A stretch of DNA of 60,179 nucleotides from Candidatus Campbellbacteria bacterium (lineage in GTDB: Bacteria; Patescibacteriota; Minisyncoccia; Phycocordibacterales; CSBR16-193). The notes below the pieces were generated by a model that was not told the DNA's origin, ran no database searches, and was given only the letters and a program-made list of their open reading frames with translations. This document shows, in pieces, positions 48,407-57,487 of the stretch. A program made the translations under genes and the position numbers. The stretch is from assembly GCA_007117035.1 (NCBI GenBank), contig SKHG01000018.1, forward strand, positions 1 to 60,179. The letters are read 5' to 3'. Within the stretch, counting starts at the first letter, position 1; every line of letters begins with the position of its first letter.

Positions 48407-48955
48407 TTACCTTGCTTTGTTTTTTTTCACAACAAAAATAAATCCGTAGTGATGATCTCCAGGGTGCTCCAACTCCTCCGACAGCTCTGCCCCTTGATCT
48501 ATAAACATTTTTTTAATCAATTCCTTTGAAACCACATCTTCAGGTTGAGGACCAATACCTCCAAACGAATCAAGCCAATCCAAAACCAAGACTCTCCCAT
48601 TATTCTTTATAATTCTGATTGCTTCGGAAACACATTTCTCCTTTTCGTCTATCTGAAATAAAGTGTTAGCTAACACGACAGCATCAACTAAATCTGATGC
48701 TAAACGACTACCGTTTTCTTTTTCTAAATCACCTTGGACTACCTCAACTACATGACCCAAACCTATTCTATCTGAATCCATTCTTATTTTTTCCAAGAGA
48801 CCTGTTTGAATATCAACAGCATACACCTTACCTTTTGGTGAAACGTTCTCAGCTATCGCTAAAGTATAAAATCCCGATCCGCTTCCAAAATCAGCCACCT
48901 TCATACCGGATGATATTTTTAATGTTTTTAAATTTTTTTCCGGATCCGAGAACAT
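48407..48955 (-). CDS. Class I SAM-dependent methyltransferase
   Basis: VADFGSGSG, VYAVDI, GDLE, VDAVVLANTL, GRVLVLDW. Confidence 0.9.
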   Translation of the reverse strand: MFSDPEKNLKTLKISSGMKVADFGSGSGFYTLAIAENVSPKGKVYAVDIQTGLLEKIRMDSDRIGLGHVVEVVQGDLEKENGSRLASDLVDAVVLANTLFQIDEKEKCVSEAIRIIKNNGRVLVLDWLDSFGGIGPQPEDVVSKELIKKMFIDQGAELSEELEHPGDHHYGFIFVVKKNKAR

Positions 48956-48992
48956 AAGTTTATCTTAAATAATATTTTCTAATCCCTAAAGA

Positions 48993-51473
48993 TTATAGAC
49001 ATATGACTGCCGAAGCTGCGTCTCCACTTCGTAGTTTCATTATTCTGACTCCTTGAGTATCACGTCCAAGGCGAGGAATCCCCTCAACCTCCGTTCTGAT
49101 AACGTTTCCGTTTTTAGAAATAGTAATCAACTCTTCCTCGTCTTCTATAACTCGACCGATAATAATCTCTCCAGTCTTATCAGTAACATGTGCAGTCTTT
49201 ATACCACTACCACCTCGTTTTTGAATTTTATATTTTGAAACGCTAGTTTTTTTACCATAACCTTTTTCACTCATGACCAAAACTACTGGATCTTTGTATT
49301 CTTTTTTCGAAACGTCAGCCCAGATAACTCTATCTCCTTTCTGCAATTTCATTGCTCTAACACCTCGAGCAGACCGGCCCATCTCTCTCAAATCACTTTC
49401 TTTGAAATTAATACTTCTACCCTTTGCGCTAGTAACCATCACCGAGTCACCCTTCTTACTAAAGAAAACCGAAACCAGTCGGTCATCTGTAGACAATTTA
49501 ATCGCAATCATTCCACTACGACGAACATCAGCAAAGGAACTTGAGGAAACTTTTTTACCAACCCCAGACTCAGTAACCATCACAACAGAGCATAGGTCCG
49601 AATCCATATCTTTTGGCATCGCTAATACAGAGTTGACCTTCTCATTCTGTTCCATCGGAATAAAGTTCATAATTGACTTTCCTCTGGTTGATCGACGGCC
49701 TTCAGGAATTTCGTACATCTTTCTTTTGTACACCCTTCCGTGGTTTGTGAAGAACAAAATATCACTGTGAGCTGAGGCTGTTAAGAAGGTTGTCACAAAA
49801 TCTTCTTCCTTGGTGTTTAGATCAATCACTCCGATTCCACCACGTTTTTGTTTTTTATATTCATTAGGATTTGTTCTTTTAACATATCCTCCGGAAGTTA
49901 TAACCAAAACTGATTCCTCATCTGCAACCAAATCTTCAACAGAAAGCGTTCGTGCTCCTCCAGAAACCACTTTAGTAAGACGCTCATCACCATACCTATC
50001 TTCAATCTCTTTTAACTCGTCTTTTATTATATTTTTTACCTTCTGGGCACTTTTCAAAATACTTTCCAAATCCTTAATCAATGCTTGAGTTTGAATTAAA
50101 TCTTCCTCAATTTTCTTTCTTTCCAAACCGGCTAATTTTTGCAGACGCATCTCCAAGATAGCTGTAGCTTGTAGATCTGAAAATTTATACTTTTGCTTTA
50201 ATTTACCATGAGCTTCATTAGCATCTTTAGATGATTTTATAAGCTTAATTATTTCATCGATATGATCGAGAGCCTTTTTTAGACCTAGCAAAATATGTTC
50301 ACGCTCTTTGGCTTTACGTAGGTCATACTCTGTTCTTCGACGAATTACATCCTTACGATGTTGAATAAAGGTCTCAAGAATCAGTTTCAATGAAAATGTC
50401 TGGGGTACACCATTTAACAGAGCCACCATGTTTACATAAAAAGTATCTTCGAGTTGGGTGTGCTTGTATATTGTATTTAAGACAGTCTGTGGGTGTGAGG
50501 TATTTTTTAAATCAACCACCACTCTAATATCAGAAGATGACTCGTCTCTCAAACCTTTAATACCTTCAATTTTTTTGTCACGAACCAAGTCAGCAATCTT
50601 CATAACCATATCTGCCTTATTAACTCGATAAGGAACCGAGGAAATAACTATTCGAGAACCACCTTTATCATCGTCTTCAATCTCAGCAAGGCCACGAGTA
50701 ACAATTCCACCACGACCAGTAGCATAGACATGGTGAATATCTTTTTTATTAAAAATAATTCCAGCTGTCGGAAAATCAGGACCCTTAATATACTCTAGCA
50801 AGTCTTCAGTTGTAGCATCAGGCTTATCAATCAAGTGATTAGTCGCACCAAGTACTTCACGTAAATTGTGTGGTGGAATATTTGTAGCCATTCCAACAGC
50901 AATACCTAAAGTACCGTTCAGTAATAGATTTGGTACTCTAGCTGGTAAAACTATCGGTTCTTCTCTAGTACCTTCATAGTTCGGTCTCCAGTCTACTGTC
51001 TCTTTTTCAATATCTGCCAACATCGAAGCAGATATTTTTGACATCTTCGCTTCGGTATAACGAGGGGCCGCAGCATTATCTCCATCAATTGATCCAAAGT
51101 TTCCTTGACCGATAGCTAACGGGTAACGCATCACGAAAGGTTGAGCCATTTTGACCAATGATTCATAAACTGCCACATCACCATGAGGATGATAGTTTCC
51201 TGTTACATCACCGGTAATCTTAGCCGACTTTCTGGTTTTACCACCAGCAACCAAACCTAGTTCATGCATAGTATAAAGAATCCTACGGTGAACCGGCTTT
51301 AGTCCATCTTTTACATCAGGTAGAGCTCGAGATGTAATAACAGACATTGCGTAGTCCAAATAAGACTCTTTCATTTCAGTAACAATACTGTACGGAACAA
51401 CATGAGAGACAAAAGGAGTCTCGTCTTTATTATCTTCAAAATCTTTGTTTTTATTTTTTTTACTTCCAGGCAT
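48993..51473 (-). CDS. gyrA: DNA gyrase subunit A
   Basis: [25 protein letters not shown] (catalytic Tyr), GyrA-box QKRGG in the CTD. Confidence 0.97.
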   Translation of the reverse strand: MPGSKKNKNKDFEDNKDETPFVSHVVPYSIVTEMKESYLDYAMSVITSRALPDVKDGLKPVHRRILYTMHELGLVAGGKTRKSAKITGDVTGNYHPHGDVAVYESLVKMAQPFVMRYPLAIGQGNFGSIDGDNAAAPRYTEAKMSKISASMLADIEKETVDWRPNYEGTREEPIVLPARVPNLLLNGTLGIAVGMATNIPPHNLREVLGATNHLIDKPDATTEDLLEYIKGPDFPTAGIIFNKKDIHHVYATGRGGIVTRGLAEIEDDDKGGSRIVISSVPYRVNKADMVMKIADLVRDKKIEGIKGLRDESSSDIRVVVDLKNTSHPQTVLNTIYKHTQLEDTFYVNMVALLNGVPQTFSLKLILETFIQHRKDVIRRRTEYDLRKAKEREHILLGLKKALDHIDEIIKLIKSSKDANEAHGKLKQKYKFSDLQATAILEMRLQKLAGLERKKIEEDLIQTQALIKDLESILKSAQKVKNIIKDELKEIEDRYGDERLTKVVSGGARTLSVEDLVADEESVLVITSGGYVKRTNPNEYKKQKRGGIGVIDLNTKEEDFVTTFLTASAHSDILFFTNHGRVYKRKMYEIPEGRRSTRGKSIMNFIPMEQNEKVNSVLAMPKDMDSDLCSVVMVTESGVGKKVSSSSFADVRRSGMIAIKLSTDDRLVSVFFSKKGDSVMVTSAKGRSINFKESDLREMGRSARGVRAMKLQKGDRVIWADVSKKEYKDPVVLVMSEKGYGKKTSVSKYKIQKRGGSGIKTAHVTDKTGEIIIGRVIEDEEELITISKNGNVIRTEVEGIPRLGRDTQGVRIMKLRSGDAASAVICL

Positions 51474-51535
51474 TTGATTTTCTTAAAAATTTACTATATC
51501 ACGAAATCAATATTTTTTGAAAAGTTTTTTCTTAT

Positions 51536-51919
51536 CTACTGCGACGGAAATTCTGGAACATCTCTTGGTCGAGGCGGAATATTTGTCACAGGGTTATCTG
51601 TTTTCTCCAAATAATCATCTTCGTACTCTTCATCACTATCCCAATCCAAACTATCATCAAAACTTTTAAAAATGTTGTCATACACTGACTTGATATCAGA
51701 ACTAAGAGAACTCCAAGAACTACTAATGCTATTTTTTAAAGAAACAGCTGGTGAAGGTGCTGATCCACTCCCAGATCGACTTGTAGACTCTGGATAAAAA
51801 ACACCAACCCCAAGCCAACTTAAAAATATCACGGACGTTACAATCAATGAGATTGACAACGCGACACGACGTCGAAATTTTCCATCTCGCTTTCTTAACC
51901 TTTCAAGGTAAGAGAACAT
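51536..51919 (-). CDS. Single-TM hypothetical protein
   Basis: Basic N-terminus, one TM, Ser/Asp-rich tail; packed 8 nt downstream of the upstream gene. Confidence 0.7.
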   Translation of the reverse strand: MFSYLERLRKRDGKFRRRVALSISLIVTSVIFLSWLGVGVFYPESTSRSGSGSAPSPAVSLKNSISSSWSSLSSDIKSVYDNIFKSFDDSLDWDSDEEYEDDYLEKTDNPVTNIPPRPRDVPEFPSQ

Positions 51920-51927
51920 AATAAAAA

Positions 51928-52551
51928 TTAACTAGAGAGCGCAATAATCTCGCCACTTTTTTGGTCAAGGTCTTTTCTCTTTGCTACAAACTTTTCGTTT
52001 AGTGCAACCTTATCTTCCCCACCTTCATTAAAGAAACGCTTTAGTGTTTCCTGCTTATCATATTGAGCTGGGATAATAACCTTCGGAGCCATTTTAACTG
52101 CAAACTTATAGGCCTCCTCAGCACTCAAAACATCATCGCCACCAATCGGAGTGATTAAAATATCAACTCCAGACAACAGAGCAAGAGTTTCGGTATCAAT
52201 ATCCTTAACATCAGATATTGCACCCAGAATACAGACCTTGATATTATCCAAACTTATTAAATATATTGTGTTGTGTTTCTTACCACTATAAGAAGTTTTA
52301 GTTAAAAAACCACGAATGACAACTCCCTTAACTTCATACTCCCCCGGGCGAGAGATAACAAAAGCTCCGTCCTCCTCAGATTCTTTTTTCAAAATATCTT
52401 CAGAAATAAAATCGGAGTGATGAATGCTTGAGAGAACTATTCCATTATTAAAACGACCCTTACTCTTTAGTGATTCAGCTGGGTTGACCAACACCGAAAC
52501 ATCCCCATGTTGAATCTTAAAGAATTGTTTACCGAAATAAGTGATTATCAT
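51928..52551 (-). CDS. MBL-fold (Lactamase_B_3-like) protein with degenerate metal site
   Basis: ITYFGKQFFKI, PGEYEVKGV, VDILITPIGG, PKVIIPAQY; canonical THxHxDH reads SIHHSDF. Confidence 0.8.
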   Translation of the reverse strand: MIITYFGKQFFKIQHGDVSVLVNPAESLKSKGRFNNGIVLSSIHHSDFISEDILKKESEEDGAFVISRPGEYEVKGVVIRGFLTKTSYSGKKHNTIYLISLDNIKVCILGAISDVKDIDTETLALLSGVDILITPIGGDDVLSAEEAYKFAVKMAPKVIIPAQYDKQETLKRFFNEGGEDKVALNEKFVAKRKDLDQKSGEIIALSS

Positions 52552-52600
52552 AAATTACAAATTAAATCATTGTTATGTTCTTTATTATAACAAATTTTTG

Positions 52601-52645
52601 AACCAAGTTCCATATTCTTTTTTTATAAAAATATGGAACTTGGTT
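52601..52645. repeat. Perfect 16-bp inverted repeat in divergent promoter region
   Basis: AACCAAGTTCCATATT (52601-52616) / AATATGGAACTTGGTT (52630-52645). Confidence 0.9.
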
Positions 52646-52691
52646 ATACTTATCACCTAAATCAAAAACGTCGTAATTTTTGAGTAATTTT

Positions 52692-52813
52692 TTGACAATT
52701 ACGTTATTTTATATATACTAAATGCCAACAAGAGAGTTTTTTATTAATCACCTTTTCAGTAACCCCGTTCTCGCGAACCATGGATGTTAGGAGGGATCGG
52801 AGCTGAAACAGGT
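52692..52813 (+). promoter_or_regulatory. rpsA promoter and structured 5' leader
   Basis: TTGACA-16-TATACT (52692-52719); long nested stem 52750-52813 ending 11 nt before ATG. Confidence 0.65.
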
Positions 52814-52824
52814 CTTTATATTTT

Positions 52825-54006
52825 ATGAATACAAAAACAAGTAGTGCAGTATCGAACGAAGAAGGTTTAGAAACAGAACAAACAGATAGTAAAAAGGACA
52901 TTGGTTACTCTTATAACCAAGAAATAAAAGACAAAAAAGTAAGCGTCGCAATGAGCGACTTATTACAAAAAAGTCAAACACCACCTTCAATCAGCGATGT
53001 TGTTGAGGGTGTGGTTATTGGTAGTGGTACGGGCGGAGTTTATGTTGACCTGTCTCCATTTGGTACAGGTATTATATACGGAAGAGAGTTGATGAATGCC
53101 CGTGACATCATTAAGAGAGTTAATGTTGGAGACACTATTTCTGGTAAAATTGTGGACACCAGCAATGAGTGGGGTTACATCGAGATATCTCTTAAAGAAG
53201 CTCGTCAGGCAGTTGTTTGGGAGGAAGCCGAGAAAGCAGTTAAACTTGGAACAATTTTTGATTTAACAGTTGAAGAAGCAAACAAAGGAGGTCTGCTGAT
53301 GACTTGGCAAGGTGTTCAGGGATTTCTACCTGCTTCTCAGTTGAGCACCAAAAACTATCCAAAAGTTGAAGACAGCGATAAAGATAAGATTCTAGACGAA
53401 CTAAGAAAACTTACTGGCGAAAAACTTTCAGTTAGCATCATCACTGCCCTACCAAAAGAAGAAAAACTAATATTCTCAGAAAAAATACAGGGCCAAACAG
53501 AAAATGACGACAAAGAAAAACAAGTTGAAAAATACTCTGTCGGAGAAGTTGTTGAAGGAGAAGTAACTGGAATTGTTGATTTTGGAATATTTATTAAAAT
53601 CGAAGAAGGACTAGAAGGACTAGTTCACATTTCTGAAATTGACTGGGGTCTTGTTGATGATCCAAAACAGATGTTTAAGGTTGGAGAAAAAATTGAGGTA
53701 AAAATTATTGAAGTAAAGAATGATAAAATTTCACTATCAATCAAAGCCTTGAAAGAAAATCCTTGGAAGGAAGCAGCCAAGAAATACAAAGAAGGTCAAG
53801 AAGTTGAAGGTGTGATCATTAAGTTTAATAAACACGGCGCCTTGGCTAGCATTGAAGAAGGAGTAGCTGGTTTAGTTCATGTTTCAGAGTTTGGCAACGA
53901 AGATCAGCTTCGAGAAACTTTAGAACTTGGTAAGAACTATAAATTTACTATTACACTGTTTGATCCAGTCGAACAGAAGATGACTTTGACCTACAAGAAA
54001 ATATAA
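52825..54006 (+). CDS. rpsA: 30S ribosomal protein S1 (short, four S1 domains)
   Basis: Repeated S1 motifs (GFLPASQL, DFGIFIKI...GLVHISEI, GLVHVSEF). Confidence 0.92.
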   Translation: MNTKTSSAVSNEEGLETEQTDSKKDIGYSYNQEIKDKKVSVAMSDLLQKSQTPPSISDVVEGVVIGSGTGGVYVDLSPFGTGIIYGRELMNARDIIKRVNVGDTISGKIVDTSNEWGYIEISLKEARQAVVWEEAEKAVKLGTIFDLTVEEANKGGLLMTWQGVQGFLPASQLSTKNYPKVEDSDKDKILDELRKLTGEKLSVSIITALPKEEKLIFSEKIQGQTENDDKEKQVEKYSVGEVVEGEVTGIVDFGIFIKIEEGLEGLVHISEIDWGLVDDPKQMFKVGEKIEVKIIEVKNDKISLSIKALKENPWKEAAKKYKEGQEVEGVIIKFNKHGALASIEEGVAGLVHVSEFGNEDQLRETLELGKNYKFTITLFDPVEQKMTLTYKKI

Positions 54007-54115
54007 ACTCGATAACAAAGTCTAAAAAAACAAAAAACCACTCTTTAATTTAGAAGTGGTCTCGCAAGAATCACTCAACATTTGACGTGACTAATATTTT
54101 GATTCCAAAAATAAG

Positions 54116-54694
54116 TTAGTTGTATTTGTTCATAGTTTTCTCTAAACCAAATTTAATTAAACCGTCCAAAACCTCTGAGATTTTGAAGAGTGTTTCTTCT
54201 TCTACCTTTTGCACGCTCAGTACAAAATCTGATGATTCACTTGGTTTGGTCTGCGGACAGACACCTATCCGTAGACGTAGGAAGCCAACAGTGTTAAGAG
54301 AATCAATTATTGACTTAACTCCTTTATGACCACCAGATCCACGACCAAGCGACAGTCTAATCTGCCCTTTAGGTAGGTCAATGTCGTCGTGCAAAACAAC
54401 CAAGGACTCAATTTCCATATTTCCATACGAAATTACAGTATCGACCGACAAACCAGAGAGGTTCATAAAAGTTTGAGGTAGAACTAATACTGTCTGAGAA
54501 CCACTGACCTCACCGATACTTTTAAGTGAGTTTGATTTTTTATCAATTACAAATTCTGGGAAGTTATTTTTCTGAGCAAAGTAAACAACCGCTTCGCGCC
54601 CAATATTGTGCGGAGTGTTTTTGTATTTTTCACCTGGATTACCTAACCCAACTAATAAAAATTTCTTATTTTCTTTTTTTTGTTCTTCTAACAT
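54116..54694 (-). CDS. pth: Peptidyl-tRNA hydrolase
   Basis: VGLGNPG, TPHNIG, PQTFMNLSG, LHDDIDL, GGHKGVKS, RLRIGV. Confidence 0.95.
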   Translation of the reverse strand: MLEEQKKENKKFLLVGLGNPGEKYKNTPHNIGREAVVYFAQKNNFPEFVIDKKSNSLKSIGEVSGSQTVLVLPQTFMNLSGLSVDTVISYGNMEIESLVVLHDDIDLPKGQIRLSLGRGSGGHKGVKSIIDSLNTVGFLRLRIGVCPQTKPSESSDFVLSVQKVEEETLFKISEVLDGLIKFGLEKTMNKYN

Positions 54695-54764
54695 TTTGCT
54701 TTTATTATTTATTATTACTTTATACTTGAAATGTGTCTACATTTGTAATACAATAGCACAACTT

Positions 54765-55310
54765 ATGAAAGATGTTTTAACATTCTTACTCCTAGTTTTC
54801 TTGATAGTGGTGCCAATAAGAATATTTGTAGCCCAGCCATTCATTGTAAATGGTGCTTCTATGGATCCAACTTTCAATACTGGTCAGTATCTAATTGTCG
54901 ATCAGTTAAGTTATAGATTCAACTCACCTAAACGAGGAGATGTGGTGGTCTTTCGATATCCTAATGACCCAAACCAGTTTTTCATAAAAAGAATTATCGG
55001 TCTACCAGGCGAAAAACTCGAGATTCAACAAGGTTCAGTTACAGTTTACAGCAAAGAAAATCCTTCAGGGGTAAAGTTGGAAGAACCCTACATAAAAAAC
55101 AACTCAAAAAACGATAATCTAGTCATAGCACTAAACAAAGACGAGTACTATGTTTTAGGAGATAACCGCTCTGCCAGTTCCGATTCCCGTTCATGGGGTC
55201 CTTTGTCAGCCTCAGAAATAATTGGTCGACCACTGTTCCGTTTAATTCCTTTTAGAACTATCTCAATTTTTCCTGGGAAATATAAAAGTGATTACATAGA
55301 TCCAAATTAA
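54765..55310 (+). CDS. lepB: Signal peptidase I
   Basis: VNGASMDPT (Ser), FIKRIIGLPGE (Lys), GDNRSASSDSR; start refined to MKDVL. Confidence 0.95.
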   Translation: MKDVLTFLLLVFLIVVPIRIFVAQPFIVNGASMDPTFNTGQYLIVDQLSYRFNSPKRGDVVVFRYPNDPNQFFIKRIIGLPGEKLEIQQGSVTVYSKENPSGVKLEEPYIKNNSKNDNLVIALNKDEYYVLGDNRSASSDSRSWGPLSASEIIGRPLFRLIPFRTISIFPGKYKSDYIDPN

Positions 55311-55350
55311 AATAACAGCGAACGGAATTTATAAAATTAACAAAAGTCTT

Positions 55351-56628
55351 ATGATTCAGCAAAAATCCTCAAACATAAAATTGTTAACTGACTACACACC
55401 CAACAATAGTTTCGATGCTTTTCCTTTCGGGTTGTATGAATGTACTCCCGCTGCTGAAATCGCAATGTACTACGGTTTTACATCAGTTCATAGACTAAAA
55501 CCTTCTGACATTGACCCAGAAGCCAATCAGATTGTTGATAGTTTAAATTCTGTTTTTCCTTGTCACGAGTCAGATCAAAAACTTTTTAACACAAAAGAAA
55601 AAGCGACTTTGATAAAAATGTATCGCGAAGGACGCTTTCCTTCCCTACCAAATCCCATAATGCTTTATTATGAAAAACCCTTAACTCAACAAAAATCCAA
55701 ATCAACATACAAACACTCTTGCAGCATAGACATTATCGGAGTAGAAAAGAGTATAAGCGAAGCTTTGGTCATCCAGAGTTCCTTAGCTATTCTTGAGGAT
55801 GCTGGTTTTTCAAACCTAGAAGTTGAGATAAATAACACAGGTGACGATGAATCACGAAATCGTTACGAGAGCGAACTTAAGTTATATATAAAAACCTCCT
55901 TAGGTTTAATGCCCGACAATATGAAAGATGCGTGTCGAACAGATCCGTATATGCTTTTTTCATTTAACAACACTTTGGCAGAAAAATTACAAAACAATGC
56001 TCCAGAACCAATTGCTTATCTTTCAGATAAAAACAGAAAGCACTTCACAGAAATCTTAGAGTACCTTGAGGGTCTTGGTATAGCCTACAGCATTAAAAAT
56101 AATCTTTTAGCTAATCGAAAAGTTCAGTCACAGACAATATTCCGAATCATCTCAAAGGATTTACCCAGCACAAACAGAGAGATAATTTCAGCTCGAGGTA
56201 TGAGATATTCAGCTTTAGGAAGATCACTTGGTTTTAGAAAAGAAATTCCTGCCATGGGAGTTTACCTTTCATATATTGCACCTCTCTCAAATCGAAAAAA
56301 ATCATTAACCAAAAGAATAAATCCAAACTTTTGCTTTGTTCACCTCGGATTTGACGCCAGGCTTAAAAGTCTTAAAATTATTAATGATCTTCGCAAAAAG
56401 AGAATCCCTTTGTGTCATTGCCTAACTCGAGAAAAATTAACACCCCAAATGTCTTTTGCTGGAAAATTAAATCTTCCTTATATGATAATAATTGGACAAA
56501 AAGAAGCTGCTGAAGGTACGGTTATAGTCCGGAGTATTGAAAACCGATCTCAGGAAACAATTCCCCTTACAAAACTCTATGATCATCTTAGGAAGTTAAA
56601 AAGACGAAAAACCAGAGTTATAGTTTAG
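55351..56628 (+). CDS. Catalytically degenerate HisRS paralog (retains anticodon-binding domain)
   Basis: Overall HisRS-like layout (YYGF, DIIG, LEVEIN, RY..L, PYMIIIGQKE...VIVRS) but lacks RPE, the motif-2 Arg and RGxDYY. Confidence 0.75.
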   Translation: MIQQKSSNIKLLTDYTPNNSFDAFPFGLYECTPAAEIAMYYGFTSVHRLKPSDIDPEANQIVDSLNSVFPCHESDQKLFNTKEKATLIKMYREGRFPSLPNPIMLYYEKPLTQQKSKSTYKHSCSIDIIGVEKSISEALVIQSSLAILEDAGFSNLEVEINNTGDDESRNRYESELKLYIKTSLGLMPDNMKDACRTDPYMLFSFNNTLAEKLQNNAPEPIAYLSDKNRKHFTEILEYLEGLGIAYSIKNNLLANRKVQSQTIFRIISKDLPSTNREIISARGMRYSALGRSLGFRKEIPAMGVYLSYIAPLSNRKKSLTKRINPNFCFVHLGFDARLKSLKIINDLRKKRIPLCHCLTREKLTPQMSFAGKLNLPYMIIIGQKEAAEGTVIVRSIENRSQETIPLTKLYDHLRKLKRRKTRVIV

Positions 56629-56688
56629 TAAAATAGAAGACTCAAAGACCCTTGAAAGTTGACTTGGACTATGGTATCTTAAATTCTT

Positions 56689-56937
56689 ATGACAGCAACA
56701 CAAGTTAAAGTAGAAAAAAATAACAACGAGAATACTACATCTCTTATAAGACGCTTTACAAAAAAAGTTCAGGGTTCGGGTTTGGTTCAAAAAGTTCGTT
56801 CAATTCGTTTTCGATCAAGACCTTCCTCTACCCTTAAAACAAAACGAGAAGCTTTGAAGAGAATTGAGAACATTAAGAACAGAGAGCGTTTAGTAAAACT
56901 AGGTAAACTTCCTGAGAATCGATACGGCCGACGATAA
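56689..56937 (+). CDS. rpsU: 30S ribosomal protein bS21-like
   Basis: VKVEKNNNENTTSLIRRFTKKV...RFRSRPS; small and very basic. Confidence 0.75.
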   Translation: MTATQVKVEKNNNENTTSLIRRFTKKVQGSGLVQKVRSIRFRSRPSSTLKTKREALKRIENIKNRERLVKLGKLPENRYGRR

Positions 56938-56960
56938 AAAGCACAGAAACTTAAACACAA

Positions 56961-57392
56961 ATGAATAAAGGAAAACAAGAAGTAAAAACAGATCCCTTAA
57001 ATATTGGGGGTTTGTTTTTTTCTTGGTCTACCAAATCAAAGCCACCCCAATTACCTTACGAAAAAATAAAAGACAGAGTCCTGGGAAAAAAGTACGGATT
57101 GAGTCTGGTTATGATCGGAGAAAAGAAAGCTAAAGACCTTAACCAAAAATATAGAAGCAAAAATTATCCAGCAAATATTTTAAGTTTCCCTTTATCATCG
57201 GACGAAGGTGAGATTTTTATCTGTCTCAAAAAAGTTGAGTCTGAATCTAAGCAATACGAACGAACATATAGACAATGCCTGGCACTTTTTTTTATCCACG
57301 GTTTATTGCATTTGAAAGGTTTGCAACATGGGAGTAGAATGGAGAAAGAAGAAGAAAAAATTTTGAAAGAATTTGGACTTCTACCAAAATAA
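56961..57392 (+). CDS. ybeY: rRNA maturation endoribonuclease YbeY
   Basis: LNQKYRSKNYPANILSF, GEIFIC, IHGLLHLKGLQH. Confidence 0.93.
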   Translation: MNKGKQEVKTDPLNIGGLFFSWSTKSKPPQLPYEKIKDRVLGKKYGLSLVMIGEKKAKDLNQKYRSKNYPANILSFPLSSDEGEIFICLKKVESESKQYERTYRQCLALFFIHGLLHLKGLQHGSRMEKEEEKILKEFGLLPK

Positions 57393-57487
57393 AATCTGAG
57401 AGGTTTTATGTTCGCTGAATCTAAATACGGATTTGCGAAAAAGTAATTTTAATACAAACACTACACATTTTAAGAACTGAGTATTTT

